Part shown: in pieces, positions 47,249-56,215 of the stretch
Numbering within the stretch: the stretch's first letter is position 1
Layout of the letters: every line of letters begins with the position of its first letter
Assembly: GCA_965278995.1 (NCBI GenBank)
Contig: OZ257136.1
Coordinates: 2,874,497-2,938,496, forward strand
Length of the DNA stretch: 64,000 nucleotides
Origin: Gammaproteobacteria bacterium
GTDB lineage: Bacteria; Pseudomonadota; Gammaproteobacteria; Ga0077536
Direction of reading: 5' to 3'
Translations under genes and position numbers: made by a program
Notes under the pieces: model-generated
Told to the model about the DNA's origin: nothing
Databases searched by the model: none
What the model saw: the letters and a program-made list of their open reading frames with translations, nothing else

Positions 47249-48034
47249 CTACGGGAGTAGACCCAGGGATTGCAGACATGACCGACTGAGCTTCTCTCGC
47301 GTTGGACCCATTTCTGCATTCTTCATGTCCATGTTCAGGGCGAAGGGATAATTTATCCCACCGGAATTTACCCACCCGACCCACCAGCCGACACCTTCGT
47401 TCGGATAGTTCTGCCACCCAGACTTCGCCCAAAGGCCCCAGCCTTTGCCCTTGTCTTTGAGAAGGATTTCCTGGGTTTGAGTTTGCACCGTTTCGCTCAC
47501 CGGGAGACGATGAGCTACAAGCTTCGCAATGAAGCTGACCTGTTCGATTGCGCTGATCTGCAGTGGACCATCTAACCAGAATCGGTCTACTGCTTGGCCA
47601 ATCGTTTTATTCCCATAGTCGAAATACTCTAGCGCTTCGGCCATCCGGTTCAATCCGATTCGTCGGGCAAGCGTTTGGTATATCGCTACATTGGATAACA
47701 CGATTGCTTCGCGGAGGCTCATGTTCCGCTCCCATTCCTTGACTGGTTGCGGTTGCCCTCCGTATTCGAGAACCTCGTCAACGTCTTTGACGGCACCTAC
47801 GGTGAGTCCTATAAGCGTATTCGCGATCTTGAAGGTCGAGGCTGGGACGAACTGAGTGGTTGCGCGCTCTTGGTTGTAGCCAGTCATCTCTCCGGTTCGT
47901 GGGTCGAGGACAACAAAGGTGCCTGCTACGTTCGCTAGCCGAAACTGCTCGGCGAGATCGAGGTTCTCGGTCCACTGCGCCAAACACCGCAGCGGCACCA
48001 AGACCAACAAGAGAGCGGAAAGTGCTCTAATCAT
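47249..48034 (-). CDS. Class D (OXA-type) beta-lactamase gene cassette
   Basis: Motifs present: STFK, YGN, a KSG element, WWVGW and the omega-loop element QISAIEQVSF. A signal peptide is present. The stop lies 5 bp from attC site 2, and the start is 12 bp from the split attC site 3. Confidence 0.8.
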   Translation of the reverse strand: MIRALSALLLVLVPLRCLAQWTENLDLAEQFRLANVAGTFVVLDPRTGEMTGYNQERATTQFVPASTFKIANTLIGLTVGAVKDVDEVLEYGGQPQPVKEWERNMSLREAIVLSNVAIYQTLARRIGLNRMAEALEYFDYGNKTIGQAVDRFWLDGPLQISAIEQVSFIAKLVAHRLPVSETVQTQTQEILLKDKGKGWGLWAKSGWQNYPNEGVGWWVGWVNSGGINYPFALNMDMKNAEMGPTREKLSRSCLQSLGLLP

Positions 48035-48045
48035 TTTGATTGCGA

Positions 48046-48104
48046 TGCTTAACGTGCCGATGAGCGGCGTTGGAGTGCGAAGCACGGAAACGTCCGCTCG
48101 ATTG
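48046..48104. other. Integron attC site 3, left portion, interrupted by the IS insertion
   Basis: GCTTAACGTGCCGATGAGCGGCGTTGGAGTGCGAAGCACGGAAACGTCCGCTCGATTG matches the family, then diverges abruptly at about 48105. Confidence 0.65.
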
Positions 48105-49483
48105 ATGAAATGGACTCCTCCCGCACTTTTTGCGCCGGCATCAGTGTGCCAAAGTAGGGTTGTAACACGTCTACTTGCTCAGCTCAGGAGGAGTCCACCC
48201 ATGAAGTCTAAGATTATTGCTGTCGACCTGGCAAAGGATGTCTTCGAAGTCGCCGTCGCCGATCTCGATCACCACATCGTCGAGCGTCAGCGCTTGTCGC
48301 GCACGGCCTTCAGTCGCTTCATCTCGACACAACCGGCCGCGTTGGTGCTGGTCGAGTCGTGCGGCACCGCCCACTACTGGGCACGCCATGCCCAGGCCGC
48401 CGGACATCAGACCAAAATTATCCCGGCCCACTATGTCAAACCGTATCGCCGTCGCGGCAAGACCGACCGCGCTGACACCGAAGCCCTGCTTGAAGCCCAC
48501 CGTTGCCAAGGCATCAAGCCGGTCCCGCTGCGCTCCGTCGAGCAACAACAAATTCAACAACTCCACCGGGTGCGTGAGCAATGGAAGCGCACGCGCACCC
48601 AGCGTCTCAACGGACTGCGTGGGTTCTTACGTGAACTCGGCTTGGTTATTCCCGAAGGCGCCAAGCTCGCGCAACGGCGAGCTCATGCGTTCCTCAACGA
48701 CGACGCCATTCCGCCGCCCTTGAAGAGTGTCTTCACGCGCCTGCTCGAAGAAATCAAAACCCTCGAGAGCGACATCGCCGCCGTCGAACGACAGCTCAAG
48801 GCCCTGACCCAAGCCAATGCCGGCGTACAACGGTTACAGACCGTCGCCGGTGTCGGTCTGTTGACCAGTACCGCCATGGTCGCCGCCGCTGGCTCACCGC
48901 ATCATTTCCCCGACGGGCGTCATTTTGCCAGTTGGCTTGGCCTGACCCCACGCGAGTACAGCTCTGGTAATCAGCCGGTCCTCGGGCGGATCTCCAAGCA
49001 GGGCGACTGGGATCTGCGCATGCTGCTCACCCATGGCGCGCGCTCAGTGCTCACCAGGGCCAAGCAACTGCAACGCGTCGGAAAGACCCTGACCCGTCTG
49101 CAACAATGGGCCTGCACGCTCGAACGGCGGGTCGGTCATAACAAGGCGACCTGCGCCATCGCCAACAAGCTCGCTCGGATCTGTTGGGCCGTATGGAAAT
49201 CTGAAACCGACTTCGACGCTAACCGCGCCGCCGCTTAACCCCTCAACCCGTTTGCGTAGAGACTATCGCGTTCATGACATTTTGGTTGGACCAGTACCGA
49301 TGAAAGCCGATAACCAGCTTGCTCAGCCAAGAGCATTTCGATCGATTGGCACTCGGTGCGCGGATCTTCATGATGGCCCGGCCTCGACCAACGAGAGCCA
49401 CAGCGAGGCCGGATACACGACTGCAAACGACACCAACCGTCAGCAACGCACCTTCGTCTCTACTTGTGGGAGGAGTCCATACA
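48105..49483 (+). mobile_element. IS110-family insertion sequence of the attC-targeting IS1111 group (about 1.38 kb), inserted in attC site 3
   Basis: It carries a DEDD transposase ORF. Subterminal repeats CTACTTG-N-GGAGGAGTCCA lie near both ends (48171-48200 and 49457-49480). The flanks reconstitute an attC site. Confidence 0.65.
48201..49238 (+). CDS. IS110-family (DEDD) transposase
   Basis: The N-terminus MKSKIIAVDLAKDVFEVAV is present. The C-terminal Transposase_20-like region has VAGVGLLTSTAMVAAAG. An AGGAGG ribosome-binding site is present. Confidence 0.85.
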   Translation: MKSKIIAVDLAKDVFEVAVADLDHHIVERQRLSRTAFSRFISTQPAALVLVESCGTAHYWARHAQAAGHQTKIIPAHYVKPYRRRGKTDRADTEALLEAHRCQGIKPVPLRSVEQQQIQQLHRVREQWKRTRTQRLNGLRGFLRELGLVIPEGAKLAQRRAHAFLNDDAIPPPLKSVFTRLLEEIKTLESDIAAVERQLKALTQANAGVQRLQTVAGVGLLTSTAMVAAAGSPHHFPDGRHFASWLGLTPREYSSGNQPVLGRISKQGDWDLRMLLTHGARSVLTRAKQLQRVGKTLTRLQQWACTLERRVGHNKATCAIANKLARICWAVWKSETDFDANRAAA

Positions 49484-49510
49484 GGCTGGTTAGGCATCGC
49501 GTAGGTTAGC
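49484..49510. other. Integron attC site 3, right portion (GGCTGGTTAGG, with a second GTTAGCC copy)
   Basis: It matches the 3-prime ends of the other attC copies immediately after the IS right end. Confidence 0.5.
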
Positions 49511-49955
49511 CCCGGCGTACGGCCAAGAACGCCCCGGCCGACATTAAAACCAGGCCGACAAGTCTTTGTAAAGATAGCGTGTGCACCTGTGCGCCCAGTA
49601 GCCCAAATTGGTCTATGGCGGCCATTGAGATGAGCTGTCCGAGCAGGACAAATGCCACAGCATTGCCGACACCGAATTGTGGAGCTACCCAGGTAACGCT
49701 TAAAACGTAGAAGGCGACGAAGACACCCCCTAAATAGAAATAGAACGGGATTGATGCTTTGGGCGAAAGTCTCAGGCCACCTCCTACGGTGAACAGGAAA
49801 GCGAGCGAAACGCATAATGCCACCAGAAACAATACGGAGGCGGCGAAAGACGGGCTACCGTACGTAGAACCTAATTTGGAACTAAGCGCGGCCATAACAG
49901 GAATGCCTATACCCGTAGTAACCATAAGACAAGCAAAGAATAGTTGGTTTGCCAT
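49506..49955 (-). CDS. Small DMT-superfamily (EamA/DUF606-like) membrane protein cassette
   Basis: It is 149 aa with 4-5 transmembrane helices. Its stop lies within the attC core. Confidence 0.55.
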   Translation of the reverse strand: MANQLFFACLMVTTGIGIPVMAALSSKLGSTYGSPSFAASVLFLVALCVSLAFLFTVGGGLRLSPKASIPFYFYLGGVFVAFYVLSVTWVAPQFGVGNAVAFVLLGQLISMAAIDQFGLLGAQVHTLSLQRLVGLVLMSAGAFLAVRRG

Positions 49956-50080
49956 AGGTCGAACTCATCTAGTTATTCAAGGTGTAGGACGACAAGTTGA
50001 GGCGCGCGGACATTCAATGCAGCTCTTTGTAAATCTACTCGCGCCTTGAGAATGCGGCAACACCAACTATGCAGCGCGAT

Positions 50081-50150
50081 GCCTCAACGCGCCGATGAGC
50101 GGCGTTGGAGCGCGAAGCACGGAGGCGTCCGCTCGATTGGCTGGTTAGCT
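50081..50150. other. Integron attC site 4 (GCCTCAACGCGCCGATGAGCGGCGTTGGAGCGCGAAGCACGGAGGCGTCCGCTCGATTGGCTGGTTAGC)
   Basis: Family alignment. Confidence 0.7.
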
Positions 50151-50474
50151 GTCACTTCGTATTGCAACTTCGATATAGCTGCCGTTCGTGGCCGACGCAA
50201 TTGCGTCAACTACTGAGGCGATGGACGTTTGGATCCGCGGCCAGCTTGTCGTAGTTAACACGACGATCGAGATTTGGCGGGTATCGAGGTTCTGCTGGTA
50301 CTTCAGGTTCTGGTCTGTTGTTACCAACACATCGAATCCGTTCGCTTCGGCTTGACTCAAAAGGTCGCCATTCTGCAGAGAACCCCAGCCTCGCTCATAG
50401 GCCGTTTCAATTTCATGGGAACCGAGGTGCTTGCGAAGAGGAACTGGTGTTCCCTGATCAAACAGGATCCGCAC
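50145..50474 (-). CDS. DUF5615-type PIN-like putative toxin
   Basis: MRILFDQGTPVPL...DVLVTTDQNL matches the family. It is coupled to an upstream DUF433 partner. Confidence 0.5.
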   Translation of the reverse strand: MRILFDQGTPVPLRKHLGSHEIETAYERGWGSLQNGDLLSQAEANGFDVLVTTDQNLKYQQNLDTRQISIVVLTTTSWPRIQTSIASVVDAIASATNGSYIEVAIRSDS

Positions 50475-50693
50475 TCACGCGACTTCCAGGGATCGAGCTG
50501 CGTGTTCAAGGACTTTTCGAGCTTGGTCTAGGGTAACTCCGGGAAACCACTCCAGAAATTCTGAGATCTGGGCGCCGTCCTCAAGGTTTTCGAATAGCGC
50601 AGATACCGGAACCCGTGTGCCCCGAAACACCCACGCGCCGCTCACCATGTCTGGATCGCGATGGACAGCAGCGCATGTGGACCAATCAATCAT
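50475..50693 (-). CDS. DUF433 (COG2442) putative antitoxin
   Basis: GAWVFRGTRVPVSALFENLEDG is the DUF433 signature. Its stop overlaps the DUF5615 start. Confidence 0.5.
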   Translation of the reverse strand: MIDWSTCAAVHRDPDMVSGAWVFRGTRVPVSALFENLEDGAQISEFLEWFPGVTLDQARKVLEHAARSLEVA

Positions 50694-50733
50694 GAGTTGA
50701 TGCTACGCCAGGTCTGCACGGGGTTCAACGTGA

Positions 50734-50803
50734 CAGCTAACGTGCCGATGAGCGGCCTTGGAGCGCGAAGCGCGGAAACGTCCGCTCGATTGGCTGGTTA
50801 GAG
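50734..50803. other. Integron attC site 5 (AGCTAACGTGCCGATGAGCGGCCTTGGAGCGCGAAGCGCGGAAACGTCCGCTCGATTGGCTGGTTAGAG)
   Basis: Family alignment. The BrnA-like gene stop lies in its core. Confidence 0.7.
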
Positions 50804-51076
50804 CGAGGCTTCTTTGAACGCACGAAGCACCGCATTGATGCGAGTCTGATAGCCTGGACCTTGAGATCTAAACCACTCAAGAACATCCGCGTCTACGCGC
50901 AGCGCGATTGATGCCTTTGGCGGGATTGGCTTTAGACCCCTGCGGACTATACCGCCGACGATATGCTTGACCTTCGCCTCGGGATGCTCAGGAGATAGCT
51001 TAATGTCGCGGCCGCTTTGCGCACGTACCCGCGCCCAATCAGTTTTGGAGGTTTTCGAAGAGGATGCTTTCTTCAT
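50798..51076 (-). CDS. BrnA-like antitoxin, second copy
   Basis: GPGYQTRINAVLRAFKEA is present. It overlaps the upstream BrnT-like gene. Confidence 0.5.
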   Translation of the reverse strand: MKKASSSKTSKTDWARVRAQSGRDIKLSPEHPEAKVKHIVGGIVRRGLKPIPPKASIALRVDADVLEWFRSQGPGYQTRINAVLRAFKEASL

Positions 51077-51314
51077 TTCGGGTAGCCTTACGGGATGAGA
51101 TGACGTGGATTTCGGTTGAAGTCTCGGTATGAATTATTGATGTTGTTACCCCACCGAGGAAGCCAAGCGTTACAAAACGCTGCTCTCGGTACACAAAGCG
51201 ATTATCTTCGAAGGTAAACGTTGGCCCTTCAAAAACCCGCGGGGTGTCAACGAAATCAAAGCCATGTTCTTTAAGGTTAGTGCGGCGCTTTGGTTCGTCC
51301 CATGTGAATCGCAT
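51039..51314 (-). CDS. BrnT-like (DUF497) toxin, second copy
   Basis: MRFTWDEPKRRTNLKEHGFDF...QRFVTLG is present. Confidence 0.55.
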   Translation of the reverse strand: MRFTWDEPKRRTNLKEHGFDFVDTPRVFEGPTFTFEDNRFVYREQRFVTLGFLGGVTTSIIHTETSTEIHVISSRKATRNEESILFENLQN

Positions 51315-51365
51315 GCATCTAATGTATATACACTATGTAGATTCGTCAATCCACGACTGCGCCTC

Positions 51366-51452
51366 GCTCTAACATTCAGTAGCCATCATCCCAACCTTAT
51401 TACGCTCGTCAATCTGACGTTGAATTCCAGGTCGGAGTTAAGGCTACAGTCG
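51366..51452. other. Possible degenerate sixth attC site (CTCTAAC ... GGAGTTAAGG)
   Basis: It has an inverse-core-like TAAC and a core-like GTTAAG about 80 bp apart, with short internal inverted repeats. The call is weak. Confidence 0.25.
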
Positions 51453-52020
51453 AGTGCGAATCGGTGCGAGTGAGATGTTCAATTTTTACATCAGCAATTT
51501 GTAGTATGAGGTTGCCAGCGCCGCCAGTCATTGGCGGGAGTAGAACGCGATGATATACGTCAAACTGAAGTGATCGAAGCTACGTCCGGCCTTGCTGGAG
51601 CGCAGGTTGGCGTTCGTTGCCCGGCACGATTGTGATCGCGTATCCGGTGAATGGTTCGGAGCTACCAGGAGCTGGCTTTTTGGTTGCCTTCTATCGATCG
51701 TGTGGGTTCGGCTGTCCGAGTGCGTTAGTACCGCATTCGCACGGAGCGGGCTTACCTGTATTGGAACTGCGGCCGCGACTACGAACACCAGGAGGTGCCG
51801 CTTTACGGCATTTCAATGGCAGTGAACAGCGCCAGTACTATTATCCATATGACAGCACTGACCAGGAGGGGAGTTCTTCCGACACCCACCGCCATGCGCC
51901 ATTACTGCCGCACTGATGATCAGGAATATCGTTACGGCGAATAGAAACTTGATCACACTGTGATTGAGGATATGGTCGTGCAGGGTACGCAGAATCAAGC
52001 GTTGTATGCGCCGCACTATC

Positions 52021-52992
52021 TCATGTCCCGCCGTCGCTGAATTCAGGCTCCATCGGCACCACACAAGGTGCGGGCTGCTGATTGAACATCAGTCGCAGCA
52101 CGTCGGGGCGCGAATAATGGCCAACGGGGTCGGCCGCAGCTTTGGCAAACATGATAGCGCCCAAGTCGATGTCAGCGATGACGAGGCCTTCGACATCCGG
52201 CGCGAGTGGTGCGCACAAAGGGGCGCCATCCGGCCCGAACAGCCGTGAATGGCCACCGCCGACTCGCAACAGTTCACGCTTCGGCTGCGTATCGCATAGC
52301 AATTCGACTATCGCCGGCGATACCACGGCGCACGCGGCCAGCACGAAACATTGCCCTTCGGCAGCATAGATCTGGCTGGCAGCGACATTGAGTTCCGGGC
52401 CGAGCGCGTAAGCGGCGCCGACATACAGACTGAAGCTCGGCCAGCAGGCGATGTGAATTTGTTCGTGCTGCGCATACATCGCGTACTTGGTCAGCGGCTG
52501 CAGATGTTCCCAGCAGCACAATTGACCGATGCGCCCGAGCGGCGTGGCGCAGACTTTGAGATGGCTGCCATCGCTCTCGCCGAACAGCGTCCGTTCGACA
52601 TGTGTAGGCTTCAGCTTGCGTCGACGGATAATCAATTCGCCGTCCGCGCCATACAGCCACTGCCCCATGTACAGACTCCCGCCATCGCGTTCAGCGACGC
52701 CGACCGAGACCGTCATGCCGTTGCGCCTCGCTGCAGCGCCGAGTGCGAGGTCGTGCCGACTGCCCGCTACGATCGAATTGGCGTGATAACGCCCGACCAG
52801 CGGCATCGTCCAGGCCGGTGCATCCAGCCACAGAAAGAACGGGTAGCCTGGTATCCACGTTTCCGGAAATGCGAGCAGTTCGACACCGGCCCGCCCAGCT
52901 TCGTCGATCAGTGCGATGGTCTTCTCGACACTTGCTTCAAGATCGAGATACGCCGGCGCTGCCTGCACTGCGGCGACCTTGATGGTGCTCAT
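52021..52992 (-). CDS. Nitrilase / carbon-nitrogen hydrolase family
   Basis: The catalytic motifs FPETWIPGY and GQLCCWEH give the Glu-Lys-Cys triad context. Confidence 0.85.
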   Translation of the reverse strand: MSTIKVAAVQAAPAYLDLEASVEKTIALIDEAGRAGVELLAFPETWIPGYPFFLWLDAPAWTMPLVGRYHANSIVAGSRHDLALGAAARRNGMTVSVGVAERDGGSLYMGQWLYGADGELIIRRRKLKPTHVERTLFGESDGSHLKVCATPLGRIGQLCCWEHLQPLTKYAMYAQHEQIHIACWPSFSLYVGAAYALGPELNVAASQIYAAEGQCFVLAACAVVSPAIVELLCDTQPKRELLRVGGGHSRLFGPDGAPLCAPLAPDVEGLVIADIDLGAIMFAKAAADPVGHYSRPDVLRLMFNQQPAPCVVPMEPEFSDGGT

Positions 52993-53026
52993 TGTCTGCT
53001 CCCCGTGCGTGCGCGAGCGGCGGCGA

Positions 53027-53821
53027 TCAACCGCACTGTCCGGCGCAGAATGTATCGAGTACCGGATCGGATTGCATGCGCATCACGGCCTGGGAATAGA
53101 TGGGTATGCCGAAACGATAGTGGCCCGCAGGCAGCCGATCAGGCAGTTCCGGTGCGCAGGCTGCACCGAAGGACGCGGCCGGTTTACCGACAGAAGCGAA
53201 AGTCGTGATGATGCGATTGACGAACGGCACCACGAGTTCGTAGCAGATACCGACATGAACCTTGATCAGATTGGCATCCTGTACCGATTGCTGAGAAGTC
53301 GGATCGGTCGCCGAACTGCGATACATGAGGTTGTCGTTGGGGATACGCGTGGTACCGGCGACAGTGACGCCGTGCTGTCCGAGAAAAGATTCCTCACGCG
53401 GGTTGATCAGCAGAATGCGTGCGTAGCCGTCGCTCAACATATCGCGGACGCGCTGCCGCGCGCATTTAACATCATCGAGATCCGGTTCGCCGTCGTGGCC
53501 GGTAATGTCGTCGAGGCTCGCAGGCCCGGTGCAGACTTCGCCGGCCATGGTGACGTAAGGCGTCGTATAGAGCGGCGCGAGCGAACGCGCAAACGCGAGC
53601 TCCATGGCCCACATGCGTGCATTGTTCAGTGCACCGGCGCGTGCAGTTTCGAATGCGGCGTAGTTCAGCGTCGTCTTCGCCTGGTAGATCAGCCCGAACT
53701 GAACCGCCCCAAGGATCAGCATCAACAGTACCGGCATGACGTAGATAAACTCGACCATCGCCTGCCCACCAGCATGACCCCGTGCCTGGGCGCCGCCCCG
53801 ATTGCGGGCAACGCTAGCCAT
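53027..53821 (-). CDS. TadE/TadG-like pilus assembly protein
   Basis: The N-terminus has AMVEFIYVMPVLLMLILGAVQFG (TadE-like domain). The true start may be internal. Confidence 0.55.
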   Translation of the reverse strand: MASVARNRGGAQARGHAGGQAMVEFIYVMPVLLMLILGAVQFGLIYQAKTTLNYAAFETARAGALNNARMWAMELAFARSLAPLYTTPYVTMAGEVCTGPASLDDITGHDGEPDLDDVKCARQRVRDMLSDGYARILLINPREESFLGQHGVTVAGTTRIPNDNLMYRSSATDPTSQQSVQDANLIKVHVGICYELVVPFVNRIITTFASVGKPAASFGAACAPELPDRLPAGHYRFGIPIYSQAVMRMQSDPVLDTFCAGQCG

Positions 53822-54431
53822 CTTCCGGGACTACCGCTGGCACAGCAGCCGGCGCGGATGCTTTGGGCACGGCGGGTACCGGCGCCACCGCAGGACCAGC
53901 GACCTGCCCTTTGCCATCGTCGTCGAGGATTTCCAGGATGGCGGCATAAGCATCCGCAGCTTGGCGACGCGTCGGATCGTCACCAGTCACGTGCACTTCC
54001 ATCTTGTGAAAGCTGTTCGCTGCCTGGCGCAATTGCACGATGCCCATGTTGAACCAGGCTTTCGCAAGCTCGGGTTCGCGCACCAGCGCTTCGCGGTAGG
54101 AAGCGACCGCGAGATCGGGACGGTCGGTACGCGCGTAGATATTACCGAGCTTGAACCAGTGATCGGCTTCCTGCGGGATCTCGCGGACCAGCGCGACATA
54201 ATGCGTTTCTGCCGCCGCCCAATCGCCCGCCGTATAGCTCTGCTGGGCGCGTTCGCGGATGACCTTGATATCGACTGCCGTGTCGTCCACCACGGGATCC
54301 GACGCGTTTCGCTGCGGCGCGTTCTGACAGGCGGCCAGCAGCAGCGTAAGTATGGCTGCGGCAACTCGCGCGCTTACGCTCTGCACCACGCGCCTGCGCT
54401 CGTCCGGGCCATGCAGATTCTCGCTGGCCAT
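53814..54431 (-). CDS. TPR-repeat lipoprotein (TadD-like)
   Basis: It has a lipobox LLLAACQ and TPR-like helices (WFKLGNIYARTDRPDLAVASYREAL). Confidence 0.5.
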   Translation of the reverse strand: MASENLHGPDERRRVVQSVSARVAAAILTLLLAACQNAPQRNASDPVVDDTAVDIKVIRERAQQSYTAGDWAAAETHYVALVREIPQEADHWFKLGNIYARTDRPDLAVASYREALVREPELAKAWFNMGIVQLRQAANSFHKMEVHVTGDDPTRRQAADAYAAILEILDDDGKGQVAGPAVAPVPAVPKASAPAAVPAVVPEDG

Positions 54432-54434
54432 ACT

Positions 54435-55322
54435 TCAGCTCTGGGCCAGGAACTTCATCACTATCGGGAACGCGAGCACGATGAAGGTGACAGGGAAAAT
54501 GAACAGGATGAGCGGGCCGACGAGCTTGATCGGCGCTTCCATGGCCAGTTTTTCGGCGCGCTGGAAACGTTCGTTGCGCCGCTGCTCGGCTTGAACGCGG
54601 AGCACGGTGGCTAGACTGGCGCCCATCTTTTCCGCCTGCACGACCGCGCTGACGAAGCTGGTGACTTCAGTGATATCGAGCCTGTCGGCCATGCGGCGCA
54701 ATGCGTCGGCGCGCGTCAGTCCAGAACGCAGGTCGCGCAGCACGATGGCGAATTCGTTCCGCAACGGTCCGGGCGGGGCCTTTTCCATCGACTGCGCCAG
54801 CGCACCCGACAGGTTGAGGCCCGCTTCGACGCACATCGTGATGAAATCAAGGTAGATAGGCATGCTGCGGATGACAGCAAGTTCGCGGCGTTTGCGCGTG
54901 TCCGCCAGCCATACGTTGGGAAACAGAAATCCGAGCAGCGGCGCAAGCAGGATGGCAAGCGGGAACGACTTGCCCATCACCATCAGACAGACCCAGATGA
55001 TCGGCGGCAAAATGAGCGCCATGAAGAATTGCAGCGCAACGAATTGTTCGGCGGTCAGCAGATAACTGACGCCGGTACGTTGCAGCCGCTTCTCGGTATG
55101 TTCCATGTAATCGTAGGGCAGGAACGGGCAGACGAAATTGGCGATGATGCGGATGAACGGCCAGATCAGTTTCAGCAGCGGCGGCAGCGGATCCATGTAG
55201 GACCGATCTTCCTCCTCGACCAGTGTATTGATCCACGACACCAGCAACCAGAAACAGACTGCCGACAGCGCCCACCCGCTGATACTGAGCCAGGGCAGGG
55301 TTCCATCGAGTGATTGATCCAT
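54435..55322 (-). CDS. tadC: Type II secretion system F-domain pilus platform protein (TadC-like)
   Basis: It has GspF-like helices and a position within the tad-like locus. Confidence 0.7.
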   Translation of the reverse strand: MDQSLDGTLPWLSISGWALSAVCFWLLVSWINTLVEEEDRSYMDPLPPLLKLIWPFIRIIANFVCPFLPYDYMEHTEKRLQRTGVSYLLTAEQFVALQFFMALILPPIIWVCLMVMGKSFPLAILLAPLLGFLFPNVWLADTRKRRELAVIRSMPIYLDFITMCVEAGLNLSGALAQSMEKAPPGPLRNEFAIVLRDLRSGLTRADALRRMADRLDITEVTSFVSAVVQAEKMGASLATVLRVQAEQRRNERFQRAEKLAMEAPIKLVGPLILFIFPVTFIVLAFPIVMKFLAQS

Positions 55323-55334
55323 CGTGAAGCCTGC

Positions 55335-56215
55335 TCAGACGTCAATCGAAGTGATTTTCGTGATCATCAGGTAGCCGAGTATTTCCATCACCACGATGAT
55401 GGACAGTACAGCCCAGCCGATACCCGTCGTCCACAGTTTGCTCATCGCTTCGGGTTCGAGGAAATTGAGCAGTACACCGAGCAGCACGGGCAACCCGGTC
55501 ATGACGATACCCTGCAGCTTGCCCTGCGCGGTTAAACTGCGGATCTTGCCTTCCATCGTCGACTTGCGACGCAATGTATCGGCCAGCGATTCGACCGTCT
55601 CGGCCAGGTTACCGCCGACTTCGCGGTTGATGCGGAGTGCTGTCGTCAGCATTCGGAAATCCTGCATCGGGATACGCTTTTCCATGTTCTTCAGCGAGAC
55701 ATCGAATTCGACGCCGAGGCGCTGTTCCTGAGTCAGGATCTCGAACTCCTGACTAATCGGCACCGGCTGCTCATTGACCAGATTGTCGAGCGCTATCGAC
55801 AGACTGGCGCCGGCCCTCAAGGCACCTGAGACCATCGCCAGCGCATCGGGTAACTGGGCTTCGATGCGGGCCAGCCGCTTGTTACGCATCGAGCGATAGA
55901 CATACGTTGGCAGCACCAGAATCAGCACGAACACAGCGAGCGTCGAGACCAGGTCGCCGAGCAGTATCCACACCAGCAGCGGAAGCACGCCGAGCGCAAT
56001 CAGGTTCATGCGGAACAAGCGGTTGGGATCGACGAACATGAACATGTCAGCCATGTTCGACGAGGCCGAAGCGGTGAAATCTTCGCGATACTTGACCATC
56101 TTGGACTGCGCTTTCACGCCGAGAATGATCCAGGCGGTGGTGGCGCACAGAAACATCGCGGCCAGCGCCGCGGGAAACGCGAACGTCGCGACCAGTCTGT
56201 AGAAACTCTCAGCCA

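Noticed and set aside
46049-48166. A shared GGGTTGTAA nonamer about 100-140 bp downstream of attC sites 1 and 3, considered as possible IS-end or secondary-site signals.
   Set aside because: Only 9 bp are shared with no flanking similarity, which is compatible with chance.
51528-51788. A minus-strand peptide AVLTHSDSRTHTI faintly resembling the tyrosine-recombinase LLGHSD...T box, i.e. a possible intI remnant.
   Set aside because: Only about 6 of 11 positions match. It is on the wrong strand for a canonical divergent intI, and there is no other IntI motif (no R-H-R-Y context). It is treated as chance.
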